A stretch of DNA of 64,000 nucleotides from an uncultured bacterium (GTDB taxonomy: Bacteria > Hydrogenedentota > Hydrogenedentia > Hydrogenedentales > CAILVY01), in the NCBI GenBank assembly GCA_937951485.1, contig CALEDJ010000029.1, forward strand, positions 4,589 to 68,588. Direction: 5' to 3'. Shown in pieces: positions 52,213-63,347 of the stretch. A model generated the notes under the pieces. That model saw nothing but the letters and a program-made list of their open reading frames with translations. It ran no database searches and had not been told where the DNA came from. A program made the position numbers and the translations under genes. Position 1 is the stretch's first letter, and each line of letters starts with the position of its first letter.

Positions 52213-52442
52213 GGTCGCACTCCCATGAAGGACCTTCGCCTGTTAACGGGCATGCTTCGGCATGCCCGCGCCCGCCTTCCGTCGCACCTTCCACCTGCAT
52301 TTTAATCATACACCTTACCGGGGAAATCTGCAAAATGCCCTTACGGCAACCCACCTATGCCAACCATCGGGATGAGAAAAGCGGGATTTTCCCCCTGGAC
52401 CGGTTTGACTTGCCTCGCCGTGGACCGCCAGAATGGCGCGCC

Positions 52443-52925
52443 ATGCAGGACGAAAACGACCGCTATATGGGCTACGCCATCCGGGAGGCGCAGCGCGCGA
52501 TGGAATCTGGCGAGGTGCCGGTGGGCTGCGTGATAGTGCATGAGGGCGAACTGATCGCCAAGGCGCACAACCAGCGCGAAATGCTTCAGGACCCGACGGC
52601 GCACGCCGAGATTCTCGCGATTACGGCTGCCGCCGCCCGCCTCGGCAGTTGGCGGCTGGAGAACACGCGATTGTACGTGACGCTGGAGCCGTGCGCGATG
52701 TGCGCCGGGGCCATCATTCTCGCCCGGATTCCGGAAGTCTATTTCGGCGCCTATGACCCCAAGGCGGGTTGTTGCGGCACGCTGATGAATTTGCTGGAGG
52801 ATCCCCGGTTCAATCACCAGCCGGCGGTTTTCCCTGGACTGCGCAGCGAGGAGTGCGGCGCATTGCTGACCACTTTTTTCCGAAACATTCGCGAGCAGCA
52901 GCGCAATGGTGGGGACGGGGTATGA
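52443..52925 (+). CDS. tadA: tRNA adenosine(34) deaminase
   Basis: GEVPVG, DPTAHAE, TLEPCAMC and DPKAG motifs. Confidence 0.95.
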   Translation: MQDENDRYMGYAIREAQRAMESGEVPVGCVIVHEGELIAKAHNQREMLQDPTAHAEILAITAAAARLGSWRLENTRLYVTLEPCAMCAGAIILARIPEVYFGAYDPKAGCCGTLMNLLEDPRFNHQPAVFPGLRSEECGALLTTFFRNIREQQRNGGDGV

Positions 52926-53432
52926 CCGGGCGCATGGCGGACGGCGAAGTGTTTTGGAAATCGTAACGTTTTAGCCGACCGGCGCAACCGTCGGAATCAA
53001 CGCACATAACCTTCTTTTCGCCCTTGCGAGTGGTGCGGCGCGCAGCGGGGCTGAGCGAAGACTGCGTGGCAGGAGCCATGCTTGCCACATCTTCATTTTT
53101 CCACCGTTGCCTGCAAAAGGAAAAGAACCAAAAAGAAAAACTGCTGCTGTGACGACTTTCGCTACGCAGATACGCCGCAACAGGAACATACAAGCAATCT
53201 GAGGTGGAGATTGTATCCAGAATGCCGCGCTCCGCTTCGTTGCGCTCGCAATGACGGGGCTATGCGCAGTGATTACTTCATTCGGCATTCGGCTGGAATG
53301 TTACCGGAAATGAAAACGCCTGCTTTTGTGTTGTCTGGACGGGATTCTTCGGGGTGAATATGATAATGTACGGGGTCCCTGGGGGGATTTTTGTAACGAC
53401 GCAACAGGTATTATGACGACACGGGATAGGAT

Positions 53433-55754
53433 ATGCTGACGGCAATCTGCTCAGGTTTCATATTGGCCGCGCTGGCCCCTTGGGCGCATCGCCGTCTTGG
53501 GGACAAGAGCGGATGGATATTCAGCCTGTTGCCATTGGGCTTGTTTTTCTATTTCATGTCCCACATCCCCGGCTTGGGCCAAGCGGCGGCGCACGAATCG
53601 CATGGCTGGATTCCGAGCCTGGGCATCGCACTTTCCTTTCACGCCGATGGTCTGGCAATCCTCTTCGCGGCGCTGATCAGCGGGATCGGGTTTCTGGTGA
53701 CCGTGTATTCCGGCGGCTATCTGCATGGACATCCCCTGCTGGGCCGCTGGTACGCCTTTCTTCTCATGTTTATGGCATCCATGCTGGGCGTGGTGCTTTC
53801 CAACAACATCATCGCGTTGTTCGTGTTCTGGGAATTGACCAGCCTCAGTTCCTACCTGCTCATCGGTTTCCACCACCGGGAGGAGGAGTCGCGCTACGCA
53901 GCATTGCAGGCGCTGCTGGTGACCGGTCTGGGCGGCCTGGCAATGCTGGCAGGGCTGGTGATGCTGGGCATGACGGCCGGGACGCTGGAACTTTCGGAAC
54001 TCACAACGCGCGGAGACCTTGTCCGCAATCAGCCGGAATACCTGCCGATCCTTATCCTCGTATTGCTGGGCGCGTTCACCAAATCGGCGCAGATTCCTTT
54101 TCATTTCTGGCTGCCAAACGCGATGGCCGCGCCCGCCCCGGCGAGCGCCTATCTCCATTCCTCGACAATGGTAAAGGCGGGGGTTTTTCTGCTGGCGCGG
54201 CTGAGTCCGGCGTTGGGCGGTACCGCCGCATGGACCGGACTGGTGGGAACGATTGGCGCAGCGACGTTCTTGTTGGGGGCCTTCCTGGCAGTGCAACAGC
54301 ACGCCATGAAGCGGCTTCTGGCCTATTCGACCGTCAGCGCGCTGGGCGCGATGACGATGCTGCTGGGCGTCGGCACGCCCGCCGCTGTAAAAGCCATGGC
54401 GGCGTTTTGCCTGGCGCACGCGCTATACAAGGCGGCGCTGTTCCTTGCGGCGGGGGCGGTGGATCACGAAACCGGCGAGCGCGACGTGCGGCGCCTGGGC
54501 GGCTTGGCGGGGGCGATGCCCTTCACGGCGGCCGGCGCGTCAATAGCGGCGTTGTCCATGGCGGGGATTCCGCTCTTTTTCGGCTTCGCTGCCAAAGAAC
54601 TGGTGTATGAAAGCCTCGTACACGGTCACGGGGTGTTTTCGATAATCCTGACCTTCGTTGCTGTGGCGTCCAGCATGTTGTTTCTGGTGGTGGCCGCATG
54701 CGCGGCATACCTGCCGTTCTTCGGCGAAAAAAAACAAACCCCGAAGCATCCGCACGAAGCGCCTTGGAGCATGCGGCTGGGGCCGCTGCTGCTGGGATTC
54801 CTGACGGTCGTTCTGGGCGTATTTCCGGCGCTGGCGACGCCGCTGCTGACGCCTGTCGCGGAGAGCATCCTCGGAGCGCATGTTCACCTGCATCTGGGGC
54901 TGTGGCACGGCGTCAGCCTGGCGCTGACCTTGAGCACGGTGACAGTGGCCGGAGGCCTTGCCGCATTCTGGAAGCGTGAAGCATTATATGGTGTTTTCGC
55001 GCTGCCGATGCGCGCGGCGCAGTGGGGGCCTGCACGATGGTATGACTGGATGCTCCAGGGAATGATGGACGGTGCCAAGTGGCAGACGCGGGTGCTGCAA
55101 AGCGGCTACCTGCGCTATTACCTGATTACCATTATCCTCACGACGGTCGCGGTGATGGGCGCATTGTTGATTACCCAGGGCGCGGGCCTCGCTGCGATGC
55201 TGCTGCGTCGGATCAGTGCTACGATATGGGAACTGCGCTACTACGAATTCGGCGTTGCCGCGATTCTCGTTGCGGGCATCGCCGCCGTGGTGCATTCCAG
55301 GACCAAACTGGCGGCGGTGGCGGCGCTGGGCGTCGTGGGTTATGGGATTGCGATTGTGTTTGTGATCTTCGGCGCGCCTGATCTTGCCATGACGCAGTTT
55401 CTCATCGAAACACTCACGGTCATCCTCTTCGTACTGGTTTTCTATCACCTCCCGCAGTTCTCTCTCAGGGCCAGCAGCCAGGCGGTCGCGCGCAACCTCG
55501 CGGTGGCGGTCGCTTTCGGGGTGGTGATGGGCCTGCTGACGCTGATCGCGGCGGACCTGCGTGGTCGCCCGTCGGTGTCGCAGTTTTTTCTGGAGCACAG
55601 TTACGACATGGGCCATGGGCGCAACATCGTCAATGTGATCCTCGTTGATTTCCGGGGCATTGACACCATGGGCGAGATCACCGTGCTGGCGGTGGCGGCG
55701 GTGGGCGCTTATTCGCTGTTGAAACTGCGTCTGGGACGGAGGGCGGACAAATGA
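53433..55754 (+). CDS. mrpA: Mrp Na+/H+ antiporter subunit A
   Basis: [28 protein letters not shown] and [12 protein letters not shown] motifs. Confidence 0.95.
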   Translation: MLTAICSGFILAALAPWAHRRLGDKSGWIFSLLPLGLFFYFMSHIPGLGQAAAHESHGWIPSLGIALSFHADGLAILFAALISGIGFLVTVYSGGYLHGHPLLGRWYAFLLMFMASMLGVVLSNNIIALFVFWELTSLSSYLLIGFHHREEESRYAALQALLVTGLGGLAMLAGLVMLGMTAGTLELSELTTRGDLVRNQPEYLPILILVLLGAFTKSAQIPFHFWLPNAMAAPAPASAYLHSSTMVKAGVFLLARLSPALGGTAAWTGLVGTIGAATFLLGAFLAVQQHAMKRLLAYSTVSALGAMTMLLGVGTPAAVKAMAAFCLAHALYKAALFLAAGAVDHETGERDVRRLGGLAGAMPFTAAGASIAALSMAGIPLFFGFAAKELVYESLVHGHGVFSIILTFVAVASSMLFLVVAACAAYLPFFGEKKQTPKHPHEAPWSMRLGPLLLGFLTVVLGVFPALATPLLTPVAESILGAHVHLHLGLWHGVSLALTLSTVTVAGGLAAFWKREALYGVFALPMRAAQWGPARWYDWMLQGMMDGAKWQTRVLQSGYLRYYLITIILTTVAVMGALLITQGAGLAAMLLRRISATIWELRYYEFGVAAILVAGIAAVVHSRTKLAAVAALGVVGYGIAIVFVIFGAPDLAMTQFLIETLTVILFVLVFYHLPQFSLRASSQAVARNLAVAVAFGVVMGLLTLIAADLRGRPSVSQFFLEHSYDMGHGRNIVNVILVDFRGIDTMGEITVLAVAAVGAYSLLKLRLGRRADK

Positions 55755-56167
55755 CGTCGCTCATTCTGCGCACCGCTACACTCTATATGCAGCCCATCCT
55801 TCTCATGTTTTCGGTCTTCCTGCTCTTGCGTGGTCACAACGAGCCTGGCGGCGGTTTCACCGGGGGACTGGTGGGGGCCGCGGCGTTTTCACTCTATGCG
55901 TTTGCTTACGGCGTGCTTGAATCCCGCCGCAAGTTGCGCGCGGACCCGCATACCCTGATCGGTTGCGGGCTGTTGGTGGCCGTGGGCAGCGCCACAATAG
56001 CGCCGCTGATGGGGCGTCCGTTCATGACCGGCGCATGGTGGGAGATGCATCTTCCCGGTTTCGGCGCGGTGCATCTGGGCACCCCGATGTTTTTTGATAT
56101 CGGCGTGTATCTCGTGGTGATCGGGGTGACTTTGCTGATCATTTATTCCATGGCGGAAGAGGAATAG
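55751..56167 (+). CDS. mrpB: Mrp antiporter subunit B
   Basis: [10 protein letters not shown] and FDIGVY motifs. Confidence 0.93.
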   Translation: MTSLILRTATLYMQPILLMFSVFLLLRGHNEPGGGFTGGLVGAAAFSLYAFAYGVLESRRKLRADPHTLIGCGLLVAVGSATIAPLMGRPFMTGAWWEMHLPGFGAVHLGTPMFFDIGVYLVVIGVTLLIIYSMAEEE

Positions 56168-56178
56168 GAGGAAGCGTC

Positions 56179-56526
56179 TTGGAATTTGTGTTTGCGGTGG
56201 TGGTCGGCGGCCTATACGCCGCCGGGCTGTACCTGATGCTCCAGCGCAACATCATCAAGTTGGTGCTGGGCCTCTCGCTGTTGAGCCACGGCGCGAACCT
56301 GCTGATCTTCACGGCGGCGGGCTTGACCCGCGCGCATGCGCCGTTGATTGACGAAGGCGGCGCTGTGCTCATCGGGCGCACCGCCGACCCCCTGCCGCAG
56401 GCGCTTATCCTCACCGCCATTGTCATCAGTTTCGGCGTAACCGCCTTCATGCTGGTGCTCGTGCACCGCACACACCAGGAAACGGGCACGGACGATCTGG
56501 ATGATTTGAGGACGACCGACACATGA
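56179..56526 (+). CDS. mrpC: Mrp antiporter subunit C
   Basis: [14 protein letters not shown] motif. Confidence 0.94.
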   Translation: MEFVFAVVVGGLYAAGLYLMLQRNIIKLVLGLSLLSHGANLLIFTAAGLTRAHAPLIDEGGAVLIGRTADPLPQALILTAIVISFGVTAFMLVLVHRTHQETGTDDLDDLRTTDT

Positions 56527-58019
56527 AAGCGCTGCTGGTCATGCCGATTGTTATCCCGCTCGTCGGCGGGGCGCTGGGTCTGGTGGCCTGGCGCAGTCGC
56601 GCAGCGCAGCGCGCGCTGGCGGCATGCGGGGCCGCCGCGCTGCTGCTGGCGGCGGCGGCGTTGCTGTGGACGGTGGACCGGCACGGCGTACTGGCGGTGC
56701 AGGTGGGCGACTGGCCCGCGCCTTTCGGCATCACGCTGGTGGCGGATTTGTTCGCCGCCATCATGGTATTTATCGCCGCCGTTCTCGGCGCTTGCGTGCT
56801 TTTCTATTCTTTCTGGGCCATGGACAGCGGCCGCGAATCTTACGGTTACTATCCCCTGACGCTGGTACTGCTGATGGGGGTAAACGGGGCCTTTCTCACC
56901 GGCGATGTATTCAACCTCTACGTATGGTTCGAAGTGATGCTCATGGCCTCATTCGTTTTGCTGGCGCTGGGCGGAGATCGCCCGCAACTGGAAGGCGCCA
57001 TCAAGTATGTCACCCTGAATCTTGTGAGTTCCGCGCTGTTTCTCGCGGCAACGGGCATCCTCTACGGCGTGGCGGGGACGCTGAACATGGCGGATCTGGC
57101 CGGGAAACTGGGCGAAAACGTTGCGCCGCGCCTCACGACTACGCTGGCCATGCTTTACCTGGCGGCTTTCGGAATCAAGGCGGGCCTGTTTCCGCTCTTC
57201 TTCTGGCTGCCCGCCTCGTACCACACGCCGCCGCCAGCGGTTTCGGCGATTTTCGCGGGACTCTTAACGAAGGTCGGCGTCTATGCCATTATTCGCGTGT
57301 TCACCCTGATGTTCACGCTCGAAACGGCCCTGACGCACGGGGTCATCCTTGTCCTCGCCGCTTTCACCATGGTGACCGGCGTGCTCGGCGCAGCGGCGCA
57401 AAACGATTTCCGCCGCATCCTCGCCTTCCACATCGTCAGCCAGATCGGCTATATCATCATGGGATTGGGGCTGTACAGCCGGATTGCGCTGGCCGGGGCC
57501 ATTTTTTTCATCGTGCACAATATCATCGCCAAGTCCAACCTGTTTTTGGTGAGCGGCGTGGTGCATCGGCTGCGCGGGACCGGCGATTTGAAGCAACTCG
57601 GCGGCCTCTATGAGCAACAGCCCGCGCTTTCAATTTGCTTCATGGTCTCCGCCATGGCCCTGGCGGGCATTCCGCCCCTGTCGGGTTTCTTTGGCAAACT
57701 GGTTCTTGTCATTGCGGGTATCCAGGCGGGCGCCTATGTCATTGTGGCGGTGTCGCTGCTGGTGAGTATCCTGACGCTGTTTTCGATGACGAAGATTTGG
57801 GCGGGGGGCTTCTGGAAACCTGCGCCGGAAGAGCGCGATGTTCCGCCGCCGGGCGACGCCACCCACGCCATCCGGCGCATGATGATACCCGTGGCGTTGC
57901 TCGCGGGACTGAATGTGCTGTTCGGCGTCGGATTTGAGCCGTGTTATGCAATGGCGCTGCGCGCCGCCGATCAACTGCTGGATAAACAGGCATATATCGC
58001 CGCCGTATTGGGGACTTGA
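56523..58019 (+). CDS. mrpD: Mrp antiporter subunit D
   Basis: [23 protein letters not shown] and GIPPLSGF motifs. Confidence 0.95.
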   Translation: MKALLVMPIVIPLVGGALGLVAWRSRAAQRALAACGAAALLLAAAALLWTVDRHGVLAVQVGDWPAPFGITLVADLFAAIMVFIAAVLGACVLFYSFWAMDSGRESYGYYPLTLVLLMGVNGAFLTGDVFNLYVWFEVMLMASFVLLALGGDRPQLEGAIKYVTLNLVSSALFLAATGILYGVAGTLNMADLAGKLGENVAPRLTTTLAMLYLAAFGIKAGLFPLFFWLPASYHTPPPAVSAIFAGLLTKVGVYAIIRVFTLMFTLETALTHGVILVLAAFTMVTGVLGAAAQNDFRRILAFHIVSQIGYIIMGLGLYSRIALAGAIFFIVHNIIAKSNLFLVSGVVHRLRGTGDLKQLGGLYEQQPALSICFMVSAMALAGIPPLSGFFGKLVLVIAGIQAGAYVIVAVSLLVSILTLFSMTKIWAGGFWKPAPEERDVPPPGDATHAIRRMMIPVALLAGLNVLFGVGFEPCYAMALRAADQLLDKQAYIAAVLGT

Positions 58020-58020
58020 G

Positions 58021-58494
58021 ATGCGCATGTTCCTGTGGAATATCCTGCTTGCCCTGGTCTGGGCGCTGATGAACGGTCGGATCACCCTGGCGAATCTGCT
58101 GGTGGGCTTTGTCCTGGCTTATTTCGCGCTCATGCTGTTTCATGGCAGGACGGATTCATCCAACTACTTCAAGAAAGTGCGTCAGATTGTCGGGTTCTTT
58201 TTCTGGTTCTTTAAGGAACTCATCATGTCCAACCTGCAGGTGGCCCACGACGTGGTTACCCCGACGCATTACTCCCGGCCCGGTACGCTGGCCATCCCAC
58301 TCGACGCAAATACGCCCGCGGAAATCACGCTGCTGGCCAACGTAATCTCGCTGACCCCCGGCACCCTCAGTCTCGATGTTTCCGATGACCAGAAGACCCT
58401 CTACATCCATGCCATGTTTATTGACGATCCGGAAAAACTGCGCCGCGCCATCAAAGAAGGGCTGGAAAAACGGCTGTTGGAGGTGATGCGATGA
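58021..58494 (+). CDS. mrpE: Mrp antiporter subunit E
   Basis: [10 protein letters not shown] and LYIHAM motifs. Confidence 0.92.
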   Translation: MRMFLWNILLALVWALMNGRITLANLLVGFVLAYFALMLFHGRTDSSNYFKKVRQIVGFFFWFFKELIMSNLQVAHDVVTPTHYSRPGTLAIPLDANTPAEITLLANVISLTPGTLSLDVSDDQKTLYIHAMFIDDPEKLRRAIKEGLEKRLLEVMR

Positions 58495-58763
58495 ACATTC
58501 TGTCCGTCACCGTCAACCTGGTCATCATGATGCTTGGGGCCGCGCTGGTCATTTCCTGCATCCGTTTGTTCAGGGGACCCACATTGCCCGATCGCGTCGT
58601 CGCGCTCGACCTCGTCGCCACGCTCGTCGTCGGCTTGATTGCGGCCTACGCCATCGCCACCAACCAATCCGTGTTCCTCATAGACGCCATCGTGCTCACC
58701 GTCATCGCGTTTCTGGGCACCGTGGCCTTCGCCTACTACATCGGAAAGGGAGGGCTGCCATGA
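58491..58763 (+). CDS. mrpF: Mrp antiporter subunit F
   Basis: GPTLPDRVVALD motif. Confidence 0.93.
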   Translation: MNILSVTVNLVIMMLGAALVISCIRLFRGPTLPDRVVALDLVATLVVGLIAAYAIATNQSVFLIDAIVLTVIAFLGTVAFAYYIGKGGLP

Positions 58764-59164
58764 ACGACATCATCACCGCGCTGCTGATGATCTTCGGCGC
58801 GTCCTTCATGCTGCTCGCCGCTGTCGGCGTGCTGCGCCTGCCCGACCTCTTCATCCGCATGCACGCCGCCACAAAAAGCGGCACCCTCGGCGTCAGCGGC
58901 ATGCTGCTCGCCCTTGCCGTGCATTTCGACGACCTCGGCGTCGCCATCCGCGCCGGACTCGCCATCGTGTTTCTCTTCCTCACCGCGCCCGTCGCCGCGC
59001 ACTTCATCGGCCGCGCCGCCTACATCGTCGGGGTGCCCCTCTGGGAAGGCACTGTCGTGGACGAACTCCGCGGAAGATACGACCCCGACACCGCCGCGCT
59101 GCAAAGTCCGCCGGAGGCCAACGACGATGACCCCAACATGCCGAGGTACGATCCGGGCATATGA
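58760..59164 (+). CDS. mrpG: Mrp antiporter subunit G
   Basis: RLPDLFIRMHAATK and LTAPVAAH motifs. Confidence 0.93.
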   Translation: MNDIITALLMIFGASFMLLAAVGVLRLPDLFIRMHAATKSGTLGVSGMLLALAVHFDDLGVAIRAGLAIVFLFLTAPVAAHFIGRAAYIVGVPLWEGTVVDELRGRYDPDTAALQSPPEANDDDPNMPRYDPGI

Positions 59165-59192
59165 AAGCGGCGTCTCCCCCGCTTCTCCAACG

Positions 59193-60035
59193 CTAGCCCA
59201 GGCGCGGAAGCGTGGGCAGTATCTCGGAGAAATCCCGGGTGATGTCGAGAATGACGCCTGTTAGATAGCAGGCGATGCCAAAGGAGATAATCAATCCGTA
59301 GAGCGCCAGCAGGGCCTCGGCGACGCGTTTGAGCGTGTGGTTCCATCCTTCGGCGACGGGCATGGCGCTCAGTATGGCAAGTGGCAACGTGATTGCCAAC
59401 GCATAAAACAGCACTTCGCCGCTGTGGACCTCCAGCCACCCCCATCCTCCGAGTACGGGCGCAGGGCGCTTGAGGTAGGCATCCATTGCGAAGCGGACTC
59501 CCCACAGCGCCATCCGGCCGAACACATGCAATGCCAGTGCCGTCAGCAGGATGCATCCAGTGCGCAGCAGCAGGTGTTGCCACGCAATTCTGGGCGCGTT
59601 GTCGCCAGCGGCGCGGTGCATCCTGGCGTAAATGGCCAGATAGGCGACAATCGCGATCGGGCCGGTGAGCAGTCCCAGCAGAAACGCCGCCGCACGCACC
59701 AGCCGCACATGTACTTCCAGATAGGCGGCCAGCGATGCGCACACACCGAGCCAAACTCTGTTTTCAAGGGAAAGCGCCAATCCCTCTGTGCGGGGCTGTT
59801 GCTCTGCCAGCACCGCCGCCCGGCGGCGCGGGTCGCCCAAGCGCGCCAACACAGCCCGCAAGTCCGTGTCCTCGATGGTGTCTTTCTGAATGGCGCTCAA
59901 TTCACGTTTAATCTGTTTTTCCAGTCGGGTCAAGGCGCGCTCGCGGATGCGTTCGGGAATTTCCACGTCGAGTTGCATCGCGACTTCATGCACATACCGC
60001 GCAATGATGGATTCCTGCTTTCTGGTGAGGATCAT
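59193..60035 (-). CDS. PspC-domain membrane protein with N-terminal HAAS-like helical region
   Basis: LARLGDP motif followed by RVWLGVCASLAAYL..VRLVR PspC pattern and several TMs. Confidence 0.7.
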   Translation of the reverse strand: MILTRKQESIIARYVHEVAMQLDVEIPERIRERALTRLEKQIKRELSAIQKDTIEDTDLRAVLARLGDPRRRAAVLAEQQPRTEGLALSLENRVWLGVCASLAAYLEVHVRLVRAAAFLLGLLTGPIAIVAYLAIYARMHRAAGDNAPRIAWQHLLLRTGCILLTALALHVFGRMALWGVRFAMDAYLKRPAPVLGGWGWLEVHSGEVLFYALAITLPLAILSAMPVAEGWNHTLKRVAEALLALYGLIISFGIACYLTGVILDITRDFSEILPTLPRLG

Positions 60036-60153
60036 ACTCCCTCCGCAATTTGAAAGAAAGTATAGCCGAATGCATTCACGCCGCTGAAATCTCACAAGAC
60101 GACATTTTAGCGTGTAGTGAAAGAGATCGGTCCGATGTCGGGCCGCATCTCTA

Positions 60154-60237
60154 CTCGTCATTGCGAGCGAAGCGAAGCGTGGCGCGGCAATCTGGACAGG
60201 CGGCACGCCTCAGATTCGCTTCGCTCGCAATGACGAG
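60154..60237. repeat. REP-like palindrome (GTCATTGCGAG family)
   Basis: Perfect 23-bp inverted repeat CTCGTCATTGCGAGCGAAGCGAA; partial copies near 53234-53255 and 47570-47727. Confidence 0.85.
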
Positions 60238-60266
60238 GATTCAAAGTTGACGGATAAATTCAAATT

Positions 60267-60701
60267 CAGTGCTGCCCAGAATATTCTGAGTTCTGAGAAA
60301 AGTCTTTTGTCATATTAATCTTTCCCCCTCACCCCACCCCTCTCCCGGAGGGAGAGGGGGCAACGGCATGCCTCCGGTTGCGCCATATACTCCCTCTCCC
60401 GGAGGGAGAGGGGGCAACGGCATGCCTCCGGTTGCGCCATATACTCCCTCTCCCGGAGGGAGAGGGGGCAACGGCATGCCTCGGGTTGCGCCATATACCC
60501 CCTCTCCCCCCGGGAGAGGGGTGGGGTGAGGGGGAACAAAAACAGGACACCCTGGCACACGGGTAATGATGCCTCAGAAATTCCCGCAGAGAGGTTTGCG
60601 TATAGGACAAGCCCCCCACATCACCTTGATTCAACAGGATTTTCCAAGGGTTTTGGGCATGGTCTTTCACCATCCTTAATAACCTGTTTTGGACAGCACT
60701 G
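60267..60701. mobile_element. Putative 435-bp TIR-bounded non-autonomous element enclosing the palindromic array
   Basis: CAGTGCTGCCCAGAATA versus CAGTGCTGTCCAAAACA (14/17 inverted match); flanks ATTCAAATT / ATAAAAATT. Confidence 0.5.
60322..60536. repeat. Palindromic tandem array: three 54-bp units inside 27-bp perfect inverted ends
   Basis: Unit CAACGGCATGCCTCCGGTTGCGCCATATACTCCCTCTCCCGGAGGGAGAGGGGG at 60361, 60415 and 60469. Confidence 0.9.
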
Positions 60702-60864
60702 ATAAAAATTGTTGTATTGCTTGAAAAGTGCGCTTCCTTTCTTCAGCGAATCGCCGCCGAAGGCGGTGTGGGACTCGCAATGATTGGGCGAAGAGCAATG
60801 ATTGCCTCTGGTGGCCATGCTGTTGCTCCGTCAGAGGTTTCAAATTGGCATCAGAAATTATGAG

Positions 60865-60893
60865 AAAAGGGCCGGTCCAAAGACCGGCCCTTT
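60865..60893 (-). terminator. Intrinsic terminator of rplJ-rplL
   Basis: Stem GGGCCGGTC / GACCGGCCC with 4-nt loop, flanked by A/T runs, about 20 bp after the rplL stop. Confidence 0.8.
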
Positions 60894-60913
60894 GTCTTGT
60901 ACTGTGAATGGAA

Positions 60914-61315
60914 TCAGGCAGCGCCCACGATCTCGACGACCGCGCCGACGCTCTCCAGTTCTTCCTTCAGTTTGTTCGCTTCGTCCTGGGGGACGCCCTG
61001 TTTTACGGGCTTCGGGCATGCGTCCACAAGGTCCTTCGCTTCTTTCAGACCCAGTCCCGCCAAGTCTTTCACCTTCTTGATCACGGCGATTTTCTGCGAC
61101 CCGTGCTCCTTGAGGATCACATCAAAGGAGGTGGGGCCTTCGTCGCCGCCCGCCGCTTCGCCGCCGCCCGCCGCAGCCATGGGCATCGCCGCCATGGCCA
61201 TCGGGGCCGCCGCCGTCACGCCGAACTTCTCTTCAAGGGCCTTTACCAATTCGCTCAGTTCAAGCACCGACAATTCCGCGATGCTGTTGATAATGCTTTC
61301 CAGTTTCTCGGACAT
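60914..61315 (-). CDS. rplL: 50S ribosomal protein L7/L12
   Basis: [25 protein letters not shown] and [10 protein letters not shown] motifs. Confidence 0.98.
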   Translation of the reverse strand: MSEKLESIINSIAELSVLELSELVKALEEKFGVTAAAPMAMAAMPMAAAGGGEAAGGDEGPTSFDVILKEHGSQKIAVIKKVKDLAGLGLKEAKDLVDACPKPVKQGVPQDEANKLKEELESVGAVVEIVGAA

Positions 61316-61377
61316 ATCCGTTCTTTCTCCTCTTCAAGGGACTCCATACGCCTTGTTCAAAACCGCCCGGCGCGCCC

Positions 61378-61911
61378 TCAGGCCGCCGCGGCCCCTTCTT
61401 TCTGTTTCCGTATTTGATCCAACACGTTGACCAGGTTGCGCGGCAGCGCGTTCAACACGCCCACGAATCCGCTGAGCGGAGCCGCTATCGTGCCCACGAC
61501 CATTGCCAGCAACTGCTCACGCGGCGGCAGACCGGCCAGTGATTCCAGCTGCGCCGCCGTTACGACACGGCCGCTCAATACGCCGCCCGCCATCGAGACG
61601 AATTTCACCTCGCCCGCAAATTGCTTGAGAATCTTGGCGGGGGCCACGGGGTCTTTCGAAAAGGCCCATGCTGTCGGTCCTTCCATAAAATCCGCCGCCG
61701 CCTCGACGCCCATCTCCCGCAGCGCGCGCCGCGCCAGCGTGTTCTTGTAAACCTTGAACTCGACCCCGGCTTCCCGGAGTTTGTTGCGCAGTTCAGACAC
61801 CTGCGCCACGTTGATCCCCACATACTTCGTGATGACCGCCACTTCGCTGTTCTCGAGTCGTTTCTTGAACTCGCTTACGGCTTCGATTTTTTCCGGTTTC
61901 GGCAATCGCAC
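61378..61911 (-). CDS. rplJ: 50S ribosomal protein L10
   Basis: KVYKNTL, GPTA, DPVAPAK and LPPREQLL motifs; AGGAGG RBS. Confidence 0.97.
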   Translation of the reverse strand: MRLPKPEKIEAVSEFKKRLENSEVAVITKYVGINVAQVSELRNKLREAGVEFKVYKNTLARRALREMGVEAAADFMEGPTAWAFSKDPVAPAKILKQFAGEVKFVSMAGGVLSGRVVTAAQLESLAGLPPREQLLAMVVGTIAAPLSGFVGVLNALPRNLVNVLDQIRKQKEGAAAA

Positions 61912-61954
61912 TCACCTCCTTTCCTTTTTCCGTTGCATTGCTGTCGCCCTGCAA

Positions 61955-62075
61955 CAGAAAACCCGTGCCGTCGCGAGACGACACGGGAAAGGAGCAATGT
62001 TTCCAAAACTCTATCATCCCACGGTCTCGGCAGGCGTCATTAAGGCCCGAAGGCCGCCGGCTGTCTATGACACGC
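61955..62075 (-). ncRNA. L10 leader (ribosomal protein autoregulatory element) with terminator-like hairpin
   Basis: Minus strand TAGACAGCCGGCGGCC-TTCG-GGCC-TTAATGACGCCTGCCGAGAC fits the L10-leader core (AGACAG...UUAA...CCUGCCGAG); hairpin CCCGTGTCGTC..GACGGCACGGG-TTTT downstream. Confidence 0.7.
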
Positions 62076-62381
62076 GGCAGGTGTTTTCTGTTGTTGTGTC
62101 GGAAAGCCTATCAAAACAGCCCGGAATAAGTCAAACGAAGCCCGGCCGACAAGGTTCTTGACGGCATATAAGGCTCCGGAATATGCCAACACCCTGCAAG
62201 TGTTACGGAAATATTGATATGCGTCCGAATCCATTGCGTCACAGGCGAGGGGATCGCATTTGAAGAACTCGCAATAGCGATCTTTCCGTGCAACTTTCTT
62301 TTCCGATATACTGTTCTACGCGATCTTCGTTCGGGCGCCTCATTTGAAATCGAGGGAATGCAGCAGCGTGGGAGAATATTC

Positions 62382-63332
62382 ATGGCGGCTGGAAAAGGAT
62401 TCAAGATTGCATGCATCGGGGCGGGCAATGTTGGAGCGACACTGGCTCAATACTGCCTGGAAATGGAACTGGGCGATGTGGTGCTGACCGATATTGTTGA
62501 AGGGATGCCGCAGGGCAAGGCGCTGGACCTTACACAGGCCGGGCCGATTCGGGGATATAGTTGCACTGCGGTCGGCACGAATGATTATGCGGATATCCGG
62601 GGCGCCGATCTTGTGATGGTAACCGCGGGCTTGCCGCGAAAGCCCGGCATGAGCCGCCTGGACCTGCTGGAAAAGAATGGCGCTATCATCGCCGGCATTT
62701 GCGACGAAATCCGGGCGCATGCGCCCGATGCCGTGGTGATCATCATCACGAATCCGCTGGATGTGATGGTGTACCTCGCCTTCAAGAAACTGGGATTCCC
62801 CCCGGCGCGCGTGATGGGCATGGCGGGCTGCCTGGACAGCGCGCGGATGCGCGCTTTTGTCGCGATGGAACTGGGCGTGAGCATGACCAACGTGGACACG
62901 ATGGTGCTTGGGTCACATGGGGACGACATGGTGCCGTTGCCACAGTACACGACTGTTTCCGGCATACCGATTACGCGGCTGCTCCCGCAGGAACGCATAG
63001 ACGCCATCGTGGAGCGCACGCGCAAGGGCGGCGGTGAAATCGTACAATTGCTCAAGACCGGCAGCGCGTACTACGCGCCCGCCGCCAGCGCGGCGCGCAT
63101 GGCGCAGGCGATTCTGCGCGATGAAAAACAGTTGTTGCCGTGCGCGGCGTATCTGACTGGACAATATGGTCTCGACGATATTTTCATGGGCGTGCCTTGC
63201 ATTCTCGGCAAGGACGGCGTTGAACGCATTCTGGAACTGGAACTTACGGAGCAGGAGCGCCAGTCGCTGCACCGTTCCGCCGGAGAAGTCCGGACCGGCA
63301 TCGCCGGATTGCAGGAGCGCGGTATCCTCTGA
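62382..63332 (+). CDS. mdh: Malate dehydrogenase (LDH-like)
   Basis: GAGNVG, TAGLPRKPGMSR, LDSAR, HGD and GSAYYAP motifs. Confidence 0.96.
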   Translation: MAAGKGFKIACIGAGNVGATLAQYCLEMELGDVVLTDIVEGMPQGKALDLTQAGPIRGYSCTAVGTNDYADIRGADLVMVTAGLPRKPGMSRLDLLEKNGAIIAGICDEIRAHAPDAVVIIITNPLDVMVYLAFKKLGFPPARVMGMAGCLDSARMRAFVAMELGVSMTNVDTMVLGSHGDDMVPLPQYTTVSGIPITRLLPQERIDAIVERTRKGGGEIVQLLKTGSAYYAPAASAARMAQAILRDEKQLLPCAAYLTGQYGLDDIFMGVPCILGKDGVERILELELTEQERQSLHRSAGEVRTGIAGLQERGIL

Positions 63333-63347
63333 AGCGCTGGACATGGC

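Noticed and set aside
52926..53432. SRP RNA, tRNA or Na+ riboswitch between tadA and mrpA
   Set aside because: No matching consensus recognised; only a partial REP-like palindrome near 53234-53255
53433..59164. mrp operon as a novel system
   Set aside because: Canonical group 1 mrpABCDEFG order with expected motifs
60310..60673. Repetitive Pro/Gly-rich ORFs (PLPPGEG repeats)
   Set aside because: They are translations of the palindromic DNA repeat in several frames
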